NCBI GenBank assembly: GCA_025594325.1
Contig: JANHCV010000013.1
Location: 1,240,001 to 1,304,000, forward strand
From: Blastocladiella emersonii ATCC 22665
Taxonomy: Eukaryota > Fungi > Blastocladiomycota
Reading direction: 5' to 3'
DNA length: 64,000 nucleotides
In this document: piece after piece, positions 23,158-34,932 of the stretch
How positions within the stretch are numbered: the first letter of the stretch is position 1
Layout of the letters: each line of letters begins with the position of its first letter
Position numbers and translations under genes: made by a program
Notes under the pieces: model-generated
The model's database searches: none
Told to the model about the DNA's origin: nothing
What the model saw: the letters and a program-made list of their open reading frames with translations, nothing else

Positions 23158-25393
23158 CTACGAGCGCGTCGCCGACGCGTAAATGGTTGGCGCGAGCCGC
23201 TGAAGCTCGGCGAGATACTCTTCAGTCACCCAATAAGCCTCAGTGAGCTTGCGAGCCTGGTCAACGGTCAGACAAGTGTCAAACGAACCAGAGGGTAGCG
23301 ACCGCGAAATCTTGGTCGCGTCCAAAGCCAGCGAGATGAACAGCGTGACGGCAACCACCGCGTCGTGATGCAGAAGAGTGCTGAGGACAAACTCGGACAT
23401 CCCAGCGACGCGGTGCTGTGTCGAGCATACGTGAGTGTCCTGGGTTGCAAGGAGCAGTGGATCGGAGCTCGCGACTGGCTTTGGGATCATGTAAACTCTG
23501 AGAATTTTGTGAAGCGCAGGGCGGCATTGAGAAGTCGCGGCAAGGAGTGAAAAAAAAAGTGCTGCGCCATGCTGCATCGTACGTTGGGGAGCAGCGAGGA
23601 CACTCGCGGAAATGAGGCGCGAGTGCGTCTTCAAAGTCACCGGGCATCAGGAAACGGGCCGCAATCATTGCGCTGACAAGGTGGCCCGCGGCACCCGTCT
23701 CTCGCACAACCTCGAGCGCACGGCCAAGCAGCTCCGGCCGCGAAAACGTAACCCCCGCGAGGCATGCGATGGCGAACGTAGTGTCCCAGTTCCACGAGTA
23801 GGAAAACAGCCGTGTTTGCGGAAGTTGCTGCGCGACGATCGTAAAGATTTCGAGCAGCTCGTCGTCTGTGCTCCCCTTGCCGTCAAAGCAGGCGGCGATG
23901 AACTCGCCAGCACAGAAGCGAGTCATGGACTGGAAGGATTCGTTAATTTGCGGAGCAAGGTTGGACGAGGCGGTCTCGCGGGCAACCTGACCAAAGCGCC
24001 GAAGCAAACCCTTGTCGCGCAGGTATTCCATCGCGTCAAACGCTAAACGCAGATGGTCGACGACATAGAAATTAGTTAAGCGGAAACGCATGAGCGCGTT
24101 GGTGAAAACGCACCTGCTACGAGTTTGTCGTCCCACATTGTAGGCGAAACCAGCGAGCGATCGCAGCCCATCCGATGCAGCAGTCGCATGATCGTTGAAT
24201 GCGTGAGCGAGGATTCGTCCCAGCTCACGGGGCAACAGGCAGCCGTGTGCGATCAGCGGTGCAAGTACGCCAAGGGGCAGCTCCGTCCTCTCAAACACCT
24301 TCCGCTCGCGCTTGGACCACCTGCCAATTGCGATGCTGGCCAGCTTGGGAAGAATTGCACCGCTGATCTGGTCGCCAAAGCGCGTCAGCGGCTCGGCGAA
24401 CTTTGGAGCGTCGTACTCGCCAACCTCCTTGAGAATGGACGTTTTGAGATCTTGGGCGGTCTCCGAACTGTAAGGCACGATCAAGGTAAGTACCGCAAGG
24501 CAGTTGTGGTCCATGGACGGGGTGTTGTGGAGCTGGTCGAGCATGGCGCGTTGGACAAGTGGCCGCGAGAGAACTTCAAGCACGCGATCCGGGCTCACAT
24601 CGTATCGAGGGGTGAGAAATAGCTGGAGCGGCTCCGATTTCCAGCGGAGGAGCGCTACGAAAGCAAGATAATCGGGCAAGCGGAGCGGTTCGTGATCAGC
24701 ATCGGAAATGCTTTCGAGTCTCAACGAATCGATGAGGCAGATGGGTTCGAAGAGACTAATACGGCGCCATGTGACCAGGTTATGCGGCGCTGTAAGAAAA
24801 TCAGGCCACCGCGACCCGATTTCGGAGAGAGCGTGCTCCACAAAAGATCGATTTTTGAGCATTGTTGCAGCCGTGAGAAGTTGGGTGATCAGACAAACTG
24901 GGCGATGATAGAGAGGGACTGCCGCATCGGTACTCGCAGCCCGCTTGGTCACGAGGTCCGAAAGCCGCACGGGTTGATTTGTGGTTTGGTTGAAGAGCTG
25001 AGCGTGCGCGCGGACACTTGCACATGCGAAAATGGCACGAAACAAGGCGTCAACACGGTGTTGGAACGCATCAGGCTGCTCGGTTGAGTTTGAGTGTCGG
25101 TCGACGCGACCAAGCTGCTCTTGCAGCGAAAACATGGCGTAAATGAGCATAGTTTCGCCATAGAGGGAGTTGGACCACGACCGATTACGCCGAGGGGCTC
25201 CAAGCCGAACAAGTTCGCGAATCGTCCAAATCGAGAGGGGCTGCTCATTGCGAGCAAGAGAAGCCAACTCACGCGATGCAGCTGGAATGGCTAGGCTCGA
25301 TTCCGAAAGCTGTATCACGGCCAAGGTAACTTCCGAGGGAAGGCAAGAGAACGACAGTCCTTGCATGTTTCCGGACACTTCATTCGAATGCAT
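23158..25393 (-). pseudogene. Family 1 protein with two frameshifts
   Basis: LSFSCLPSEVTLAVIQL N-terminus. A 4-bp duplication near 24155 precedes the conserved intron 24043-24113. An A9 tract at 23550-23558 shifts the frame before the true C-terminus (ORF 23158..23640). Confidence 0.7.
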
Positions 25394-25644
25394 AGAGTGA
25401 TCTGCGTGTTACTGCTCCATATGAGTGTGCACCGAGAGCTCAAGCGAGCAGTGTTCGCAGCGAACCGAAGTCGCCTTGCGAGCAGCGTGACCAGCCACCA
25501 TCCCTGTCAGTTTGTCTCTCTCCCTGCAACGGGCCTGAACTGCCATGTAACGCCCACGAATTCGACTGGAACAATATGCAACTGTTATAACATTCATCGA
25601 TCGTGAGCATCCGAGAGAAGGCGAACCGCGTCGTCTCCAAAGCT

Positions 25645-26545
25645 CAACAGCGACCCCATGGACTGTGCCCTCGCTGGCCACGGCACGCACGTCACCGGCA
25701 TCATCGGCGGCAATGACGACTAAATGACGGGCTCGGCGCCCGAGGTGACGCTCGGCGCGTACCGCATCTTCGGGTGCAAGGGCGGCACCTCCACCGAGCT
25801 CATCCTGCAGGGCATGACCGCCGCCTTCAAGGACGGCATGGACATCATCAACATGTCGCTCGGCGGTGGAAGTAGCTTTTTCGATTACTCAACCGCCATC
25901 GCGGCGTCGCGCCTCGCCGACAAGGGCCTCGTCGTCATGTCGGCGCTCGGCAACGACGGTGCGCAGGGCCTGTTCCACGCGGCCGCGCCCGGTGTCGCGC
26001 TCAACGGCTTCGGCGTCGGCTCGTTCGACAACGCCAAGGCGCTCAAGCAGGCCGTCAAGGTCGAGGGCGTCGCGGGCCTGACGTCGATCCCCGCCAACAC
26101 GGACGCGCGGCCCAAGGGCGCCTTCAAGACGGGCGACAAGTACGTCGTCAAGCCGTCACCCGACCCGGCCACGATCCCCAACGACGCGTGCGCGCCGTTC
26201 CCCGCGGGCTTCTCGTTCGAGGGCAAGACGGCGCTGCTGCGCCGCGGCACCTGCGCGTACACGGTCAAGATCGAGAACGCCGTGGCGGCCGGCGCCAAGT
26301 CGATCGTCTTCTTCAACAACCAGCCGACCGGCGTGTGGTTCGGCGGATTCGCCGAGGACTCGGTGTTCCCCGTCCCCGTCGGGTTCGTCTCGCCCGAGGC
26401 CGGGACCGCCATCAAGGCCGCCGTTGAGAAGGGCGCCGCCGTCACCCTCGAGTTCACGCCCGGCCAGGAGCCCGTCGCCGTCCAGACCGCCGGCCAGCCC
26501 TCTGACTTTTCGTTGCGGGAACACAGTGTTGCCTTTTCGTCGTGG
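25645..26545 (+). pseudogene. Subtilisin-like (S8, PA-domain) protease fragment
   Basis: DPMDC..GHGTHVTGII, then TAA at 25721-25723, APEVTLGAYRIFGC, DIINMSLG, GNDG, PA domain (LLRRGTCAYTVKIENAVAAGAK), ending at FSSW. The catalytic Asp and Ser regions are missing. Confidence 0.9.
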
Positions 26546-26609
26546 CTGCACGGGTTCAATCAGAATTTATCGATTCTGTATTCATATCCGCGGAACGGAC
26601 GCGAAGCCG

Positions 26610-26716
26610 TCACTCGCGGCTCTGAGTGAAGCCAGACTCGCGCAACCACGCGGCGACCCGCTCGAAACCAAGCTCGCTCGCGTTGCAAATCGCGAGGTCG
26701 AGAGCGATGCACGGCA
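26610..26716 (-). pseudogene. C-terminal end of family 2 gene, separated by TIR element
   Basis: PCIALDLAICNASELGFERVAAWLRESG matches PYHLALSKAEQLGFGKVTAWWRESG of the 8652 gene. Confidence 0.85.
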
Positions 26717-29700
26717 CACGCCCGTCCCCGCACCCCAGCCCTCCAATTGGCAGCCAACTGGCGGCTTGCCGCTCCCAACTGGCAGCCAACGGTCCGCCTC
26801 GACTGGAAGCCCATGAATTACAGTCCTTTTTTTCGATTGGAACCAAACGGTTGGCCAACTGGGAGCCGACGGCGATTGATTCAGGACCGTAATATATATA
26901 CGCTTGCCCATTGCTCAGCTTCTCACCTCTTCGGTACACTGGTTATCATTCGGGAAAGTTTGTTATATTGCAAGAGTGCAGCGGGCAAGTCGAGCCGCGG
27001 AGGACGCCGCCAGAAACGCGAAGTCCAGACGCTTGGAGCGCCGAGTGCGTCTGGTGCGACGAGTCTTGCCCGTCCTACATGACCGAAACGGACGAGCTCG
27101 GAAGCACAGCTAGACAAGTCGTTGCTGGGAGTGCGAAGCGGAGACAAGACGTCTGAGTGGGTGAAGTCAGCGGCCGCCGTCCAATGCGTGTCTGAACAAG
27201 GTATGTGCAAGGATGGCGTACCGCGAAACGTCAGGCGGTGCACGTTGAGGGGCGAGCGAGGGCACAGCTAGGTCGGACGATTGCGCTCCCACGAGTTACA
27301 AATGTTGGTCATGAGCGCCGGAATGAACCAAGGAAAGAGTACCTTTGATGACGGATACGGCGGGTTGTTGATGCGGAGGAGGTCGAGGTCGCTGGGTTGA
27401 GCACGGAGCTACAGGAACTCGGTTTGAGGGGCCGTGGTGCGAGGTGTCAGCGGTGGCAGTTGAAGCGATGCTCCATGGCCACCAGCGTGCGTGATGGGAC
27501 TGCTGATGGCATGTTTCGGATTGCAGCAAGTGATGCATGAAGAGACCGCAGTCATCGCGGCCGACGTCATTCATTCCTGGAGGCGGTGGCGGCGAAGGAG
27601 CGAATGACGGCGGCGGCGGGCGACGTCGGGGGCTGGTGCAGCTGGCGGCGAGGCTCGAGACCTGGGTCATGTGACCTCACGCCTTTTCCCGACGCGTCTC
27701 GCACCGACTTGAACGCGTCTCCGGACAACGTGCGGCGAACCCTCCGTGCAACTCAAATAAGTTAACAACATGGAAACTCAAAGCGCCTAAAATGTGGCAC
27801 TAGAAATCAGGCACAAACCTGTGCTTGGATGAGTCGCTCCTTGGCCAAACTGTCCAGTCGCGCGTTGTCGGGTTCACCTCCAAGCTCGAGAACAAAAGCT
27901 TTGCTGACTCGGCCGTCAAGATGCTTCCGCTTTCTCAGAAGGTGCGAGTCCGCGCAACGCGTTTCTTCGAGTTGAGCGTTGCCGCTAAATTGTGGTGGTA
28001 CGCAGACTCCAGGTTGCCTTCATGCAGTTTCGCGGTCATGCTTGGAACTTGAGCGACTGGAAAGCTGATAGGCTCACCGGGAAAGGCACCGCCGTGCTTT
28101 TTCCTATAGGTGCAGCAGCCGCCATCCTCACGGATGTGGGAATGTCCTTTGCAGTAAGTTTGCGCGGATGCGACCTCAAGTCGGAGCTACGACGCAACTT
28201 TCGCCACATACGCGGCGCGCGGCACGACTCAGTGCTCCCCTTGACTGCGGCCGCGACCGCCGCCGAGGCGCTCATCAACATTCCAGCGTTCGTTACCGCA
28301 TTTCGGGGCGGCAGGCACCGATCGCCCAAGCGCAACTCATTCTCTGCGAGACGCGCTAGCGAACTTCCAGCTCCGCCTAGCCCCTTACCTTTTGCTAACC
28401 CGTGCCCACTTAAACTGGCGCTAGCCGCACTGCTGAAAGTCGCCGAGTGCTTCAAAGTTGGAAGCAAGGTGGCTGACACGCAAGCGCACGCACATTTGCG
28501 CTTCGCATCGCATACGTTCGCCCCCGCGGCGCCTGGGGTCGCAGGTACTCCCATCGGTAACGCCCTTTCGGCCTTCTGTGAGGGCGAAATTGGAATTGGA
28601 CTCCGCACCAGCACCGCTGGCTTGCACTTTGAGCAGCTCCTCCGCTCAAACCGCATCGAACGCACCTCGTGGACGCGCCGCTCATTCCGTGGCTCAAGCA
28701 GATGTACGGCCACCTGCGCAAGCTCATCGAACCGCGCCTCGGGCTCCTCGCTGCAGTAACCATCGCCTCGAGCGACGTCCAGGAGCGCGTATAGCGCCCA
28801 CACTGCAGCGCGATCGCGGAGGCATGACGGCGACCCTAGGAGTTGTTGCCCTGCCGCCATTTGGCGCGAGCGACCACCCGTGCGTTCCTCTGTTGACGCG
28901 CGCGCGCCGCGCAGCACTCGGAGTGCGCACCGTGCTGCATCGCGTCGCTTCTTTGACCCTGACTACAAGTGCCGCGGCGGCGGCGACGTGCGATATGCTA
29001 GATGGTTTACTGGAAATCTACCCGCAGTTTATAGCGCGCTCCTGCACGGCGCAAGCGCCGCGGTTATTGGCGTTCCAGCGCTCGGCACAGCGCCGCAAGG
29101 CAGCCCGCGCCGCGCCAGCTCCGCTCATGAGCTTACAGCTTGTGCGCTCGTTGGCCAGCTGCCGATCCGCACCCGGTTACATAGGTTCTGGCTGCAACGC
29201 AACGAGTCGCTCAGCTGCGTTGAGCGCCTCGGAGCCGGTGTTGAGGTTGCGGATACGCAAGCGAATGCGTTTACGTGTCCCACTTCGCGCGCTTGTCCCC
29301 GCGGCGCTCGTCAACGCAATGGCGCGCATCGGGTACACTCTCCAGGCGCTCGGCGAGCAAGAGATTGACAGAAGCTTCAGCGCCAATGTTTCAACGTACT
29401 CGCTCATCGCATCTTGAGCTTGGGTCGTACCAAAGAACACTAGCCGCTGTCGTACTGTCTTAGAAACGCCGCTTGTCGCGTCTTTCCATCGCACTAACGG
29501 TCACCAGCACGAGTTCTTCGCCTTCCGCCTCGCACTTCCCGCTGCGACGATTATCATCACTAAGAGCGGCATTTGCGAGCATAAACATGTTTGGCGTACT
29601 TGTAGCAATGAGATTGCCAAAGCTGAACTTGAGGCCCAAGGGGCAGCTCTGCTGCAAACAGCTGTCCGCTCCGCGCTCCCTTAACGCGCACCATGCTACC

Positions 29701-30039
29701 TCACGTCCATTCGTACACTCGGACGAGCTGCAGCAGCCGCGCTCGTGGAAACGGACATCACATCAGTGTTGCCATCAGTGAGAGCCAGCCAGCAAACTCT
29801 CGCTTGACAGCTCGCGACGCAAATGAATCCAGAACGACCTGACCCTGCACCGGAATTTTTGTTAGGTCTGTGCAAACTTATGATATCCTTGGGGAGCAGC
29901 ATTTCAACAAATAGAGTTGACCGGACGTTGGGTTCCAATCGGACAGGGTCGACCAGAAGCGTTGGCTGCCAGTTGGAGCTCGTCAAGCCACCATTTTGTT
30001 GGCTGCCAATTGGAAGGCTGGGGTGCGGGGACGGGCGTG
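26717..30039. mobile_element. 3323-bp TIR DNA element with 2-bp (CA) TSD, no recognisable transposase
   Basis: 42-bp TIR CACGCCCGTCCCCGCACCCCAGCCYTCCAATTGGCAGCCAAC (41/42 identical), subterminal TGGCAGCCAAC repeats, and CA on both flanks (26715-16, 30040-41). Excision restores the host reading frame. Confidence 0.9.
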
Positions 30040-31103
30040 CAGCGTGACGCCCGAGTTTTTCCACCAATCGAGCCGCTTGAGCACCGTGTCCTTGTCATCT
30101 CCCGACGCAACCCAGAGCCACTCGACAGGGCACACGAACTTGTCACCTTTCAGCGTCTCAAATAACCAAGCGAGCACGCGTGTTTTGCTTGTCTGGTTTG
30201 CGATGGCGAGGGTTGAGAGCCAGAACGCCGTGCCATCGTAATACGCGTTCGGAATGGTCATGGAGTTAGGCCTGTCGGCGTCTTCGAGCGGAATCTTGTA
30301 CGCGCTGTCGCAGAGCAAGGGCGACGTGTACGGAAACATGAGGCGGCGGTGTATCCATGAGAGCACGGCCACGTTCTCGCTCTTGATGACGCGGGGAACA
30401 ATCCACTACCAGTCGGGAAGCTCCCAGAGCTCGTCGGGGCAGTAGCCAAAGTACTTGATCCATCCGAAGCTGCCGAGCAAGATGGACATATCAAGCACAT
30501 CGATATTCTTTCCTGTCTCTTCATCGATGGGCTTGATGTCGACCGACATGAGCATGTCAACGATGACCGGCGCGTCCCACGCAATGGTTTGATTGCACAG
30601 AGGAGGAGAAGCCATGATCTCGAAGTCTCCCTGAATCCACCATTCGAGGACTTCGAGATCGCCGGCACGCGCCGCGCCGTCGAATGCGCGTTCCGTGTAC
30701 TTGACGTCGTCAAAACGCTCAGCAAACCACTTCGGTAGCTTGGGCTGGTCGCTGACGGACGCAAGGTCGATGTAGTCAGGCGAGGGAGGAAATTCCCGCT
30801 CCGAGTCGAACCATTTGTCCAAAAGATCGATGCGACCGTCGACGCAGAGCAAGCAGAGATATAAGTGGACCTGGTCGTCGCCGCTTAGCGGAGGCGTGCA
30901 GCGATGCTGGATAAGTTGTTTACGAAGCGACGACTCCTTCTCGTCAAGCGCTTGCTGAAAGCGGCCGTGGAGCGGGAAGCGCAGCGTGGCATGGCGGACC
31001 CGTGTGAGACCGGGCGCGACCAACGGGGGTCGGTGCCGCGCGGGTCGATGCGGATGGCCCACTCCAGGATCGTCTCGATGAGTTCAAAAGGCAAGCGTTG
31101 CAT
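30040..31103 (-). pseudogene. Family 2 F-box-like/ankyrin-like gene, disrupted
   Basis: MQRLPFELIETIL start, frameshift near 31030, AFDGAARAGDLEVLEWW repeat, in-frame TAG at 30406-30408, and TE insertion after WWKNSGVTL. Confidence 0.85.
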
Positions 31104-31452
31104 GATGTGGCAGCCGCGTTGGCAGCGTTGCATGGCAGTGAGGGGGTCGCGCGAGAGAGCAAACGAAACGAGCACCACGGCGGCGATGACGTCGGCGCCC
31201 GCACGTGCCGCTGAACAACGCGCAAATCTGACCTTGCGCCAACCAGAAAGCGATGCAAGTCAACCTCCAAGCTCGGTTGCAGACGTCAAACAGCAAATAA
31301 GACAGTCACACAAGGTATGTCAGCGCTCGGACTCTCCCGCCACAGCACGTCAAGTGACTGCGGGGCACCGATTTGTCGCTGTGGTTTAGCCTCACGTTAA
31401 CCGTCCTCTAACAAGCATAGGTTGGCTTGCCGAAGGCAGAACGTGCGAGATA

Positions 31453-31476
31453 CCGACGCGTCGGAATAACACGTGA
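31453..31476 (+). promoter_or_regulatory. Composite motif CCGACGCGTCG-GAATAA-CACGTGA
   Basis: About 103 bp upstream of ATG 31579. Confidence 0.65.
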
Positions 31477-31578
31477 GCCGCTTCACGTGCACCGCGCGTT
31501 CCCACACACGCGACGCGACCCGCGCCTCTTGCTGCCCTGCCCGCTTTCTCTCGCTCACTAACGAATGCATTAACAACC

Positions 31579-34500
31579 ATGAAACTACCCGCAACTGACG
31601 GAAATAGAGCTGACATTGCTTTTACGGTCGACTTGTCGGAGGCGCCGATCCGGACGCTCCTGACGTGTCGCGCGCCGTACCGCGGGAACCGTGTCGCTAG
31701 GTATCGCCCCTTTCGACGCGAGCCGCCTCGTAATTTGCTCTTCTCGCACAACTCGTCCGAGCAGCTGGAGCTTTGCGCGCTTTTGTGCGGCTGCGGGGAC
31801 CTCGCCGAGGTTGCTCGCACCGTGTGCGAGGCCGCGGCCAAGGAGACCAAGCCGACGCTCTCGTTCACGCTCAATGATTGGCAGCCCGAAGTCCTCGCGC
31901 GAAACTTTCTCATTTTACATGCCATCGTCCACACTTCGGATGACGAGCTCGACTTGGACACTCTTACACGCTACTTTGGCCAGCTTTGGTACTCACATCT
32001 TCTCGACCCGAGCGCTCGCGAATTTTGGGATACTCAGCTGCGGGCTTGCATCGACACGGAGTGGGTCCAGCGTTCGGACGGCACGCCGCTGGCCATCGGC
32101 AACGAGTCAACTCAAATCGAACTGTGCCGCTGCTGGAACGCCTGGCTCGAGGTTGACTGGTCCGTTAACACTTTATTGAAAAGTCGGGCACGGTATCATC
32201 AATTGGCTGCCGCTGCGGATCCGACTACCATTCCGAGTCCTTCAGACTCGGCTTCATGCTTCATGAAACGGGTTGACGCGCAGTACCGCGGTGTACTTGA
32301 CGGCTCTCAGTCCGCGCGCACGACGTGCTCGATTGAACGTCTTGCCGACTCAAACGCGTTCACGCTCCAAGGTAAAGCTCGATCGGGGCATGAGTCCGTT
32401 GTCAATCCAACGATGCTCTGGATCTCCACCACAAACGAGCCGTACTACGCCGTCGACGCGAGTGTTCTGCCATCCGATGCTTTCGATTTGTTTATCGGCC
32501 GCGGGCTTCCCGAGCCGAGTATGCTGTCCGAGCTGAGCGAGTGGATCACCGCGCTGTCTGACGGCTTATGGCGGGAAGGGCCGCTTATTCGTGTCGCCTT
32601 TTTCCACGGTCATGCGGTCATGGTCATGGAGCAGCTTGTTGGTTCCGCGGCCCAATTCGACATCGTCGACACGAACAACCTGATGGATTCGTGTGGCCTG
32701 CCCAGCCTTCTCCTCCACGGGTCTGCGCTCCTCCGCAGCAACAACGACGAGCGCTCCGAGCGCGCGTGCTTGTCTACGTACTCGAAGTCAAGTGCGGGGG
32801 ATAATGCGGGAGACTACGACGCGTACCTCCAGCGCATGTCTGGCCTTCCACTTTCGACGTTTCCAGCCCTTTTTGGAGTCGTCCCAGCCGACAAGCCAAG
32901 CGCCCTGTCCACAGCGAGCTGGTGTAAAGTTTTTGCTTGGAGTCGCGACCGCCTCGAATCCTGCCCGATACGCTGCCTGACCTTCGTCAAGATGTCTCAG
33001 CCGACAGTTCCGACCGCACTGAAGAGGTCGCAGTTTCTTGCCGACTCCCTGGTCGCGGCCATGCAACACTTCTCGCTGCCGAACTCACCGAGTACGAACC
33101 GCGTTCTCGTTCCTTTGTCGCGCATTCATACTAACGACTCTTGTCTAGTCCCCAACTTCACTACAGTTCGCTGGCTTCCAAAACTTGTTCGGCTTGCCAT
33201 CGACTCAGGCCGCGTCACCTTGACAGATCCGACCCGTTCTGGTCAGCCTTCGGGCGCCCAACAATCGGACGAATTCTCCCGCTTTGTACTCGATATCGCC
33301 AAGCGTAGTGGGCTTTCAACGAACACGATGGCCGAGCTCTCCTCGGCCGTTGACTTGCATGGATACAGACCCAAGTCGAAACCTGGTCGCGGTTATTGCC
33401 TTGACGTCCTGATTCCTGCTGATGACAACGACAACAATTCTCTGCAGCCCTCTTACCTCGTGCTCGAACTCATTGGCCCCAACAAGACCTTTCGCTTTGA
33501 GAGCCTTCACATTGAGCCAGTCTACGAAACCCCTTCGCTACTGCGCGTTTCGGCGACCTTTTCTCCTGCGCTGGACAGTAGCTTGCCGCCCAACAGCATG
33601 CGTGCCTCTGTGTACCGGGAGAAACTCTCAGGGCCTTTTGCTGCCAAGGCCAAGCTTGTACCAATGCCGGCTCCGTTGGTCACAAAGTATTCGCTTGTTG
33701 AATCGCGCACAATTCTCTATCGAGTTCAACCGCAGCTTCCGAACGACTGGATTCTTCCCGTCGAGCACGTCACCGAGAAGGCGGACGGAATCGAGCTCGT
33801 CTTGCGCGTTCCGTTGACCGGTCCCGCGGCGAAGGCCAAGCTTACGCTTCTGAAACCCGACGCAGCTCCGCTCTATCAGGCCGCTGCCAAGCCCGATACA
33901 TGGTCCGGCGCGGCAACCTTGCTCATTGATGGGGCTCCTCAGAGCATGCGAGTGACGGCTCCTGTTCGCGTGACCAACCTCCAGGTTTCGCGCAAGCAGG
34001 GCCGCATAACTCTCTTTCTCAAACGCATCATGGCGCCGTTCGCCGATCTTCAGTCCTTGCCCCCTTCACTTTGTGCTGGTCGCTGCTATTCAGCTCAAGC
34101 AATAGTCGCGTCCTGCAGCACTCGATTCGCGCGGCCAGCTGCATGGCCACGGACCTGATCAATGCTCTCCATCCCGAGGGCGCCGCCGCCAGGCGCAAGG
34201 GCGTGAATGTGCTGCAGTCTCTTCATCTCCTGAAGAATCCGGGCAAGCCGAGTATGCGGGAGGCTGCAGGCGTGGTCGAGGTCCTCCGGCAGCTCTTTGA
34301 GGCGTTTGCTAGCGGGATGCAGGCGGTTTCTGTTCGTCGATCCGGTGCGGCTTACTTTGCTCTCATCTTCATCGAGCGAGCTGTCCTCTTTCCCTCTACT
34401 GGCCCAGGGATGATCCCGACCCCGGGCCTGGAGTGCACCATCGCCATGACGTCCCGCACCGCGGATGTGACCAGCGCGACCAGCGCGGCCGAGTGGGGTG

Positions 34501-34778
34501 CTTGGAGCGTGGCCATCACGAAATGTGTGAAGGCAATTGTAGGGCACATGTCCGTCCACGAGCTTCCAATCGATGCCATCGCACCGCTCAGCGTGGCCGA
34601 AGCTGTTGCTTTCAAGGTGCTCGCGCCCGAACTCGATCCGCGGTTTGACGCGGCCCTTTACACACCATTGCGACCAATCCTCAAGCGCGTGATATTTACG
34701 CCTGCGTACCCGCTGTGTGGCAGCGGCATGGACTCGTTCGGCCCCGCGCTCAAGGAGTTTCTTGACAAGGGTATCTGA
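31579..34778 (+). CDS. DUF4470-domain protein (frameshift or unresolved intron near 34080-34150)
   Basis: ALLCGCGDLAEVART...FTLNDWQPEVLARNFLIL is the DUF4470 signature. The C-terminal LRPILKRVIFTPAYP in ORF 34071..34778 matches LKSELKRGLAFPLYP of the paralogue. Confidence 0.7.
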
Positions 34779-34908
34779 CGGTTGATATGATGTCGTGATG
34801 AAATACGAAGACTTTGCGCGTTGCCTACCTCGTCATCTCCGTAATCACCCATCTTTCTCAACACGCAAAACCTTGAGAACCGGGCGGCCGCGTCCTTGGG
34901 CGCTCCGA

Positions 34909-34932
34909 GAGACGCGTCGCGAAAACACGTGA
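34909..34932 (+). promoter_or_regulatory. Composite motif GAGACGCGTCG-CGAAAA-CACGTGA
   Basis: Perfect copy, identical to 12804-12827. Confidence 0.55.

Noticed and set aside
27296-29657. ORFs inside the 3.3-kb TIR element as a transposase or cargo gene
   Set aside because: Overlapping ORFs on both strands without DDE or other recognisable motifs and without clear codon bias, so no call can be supported.
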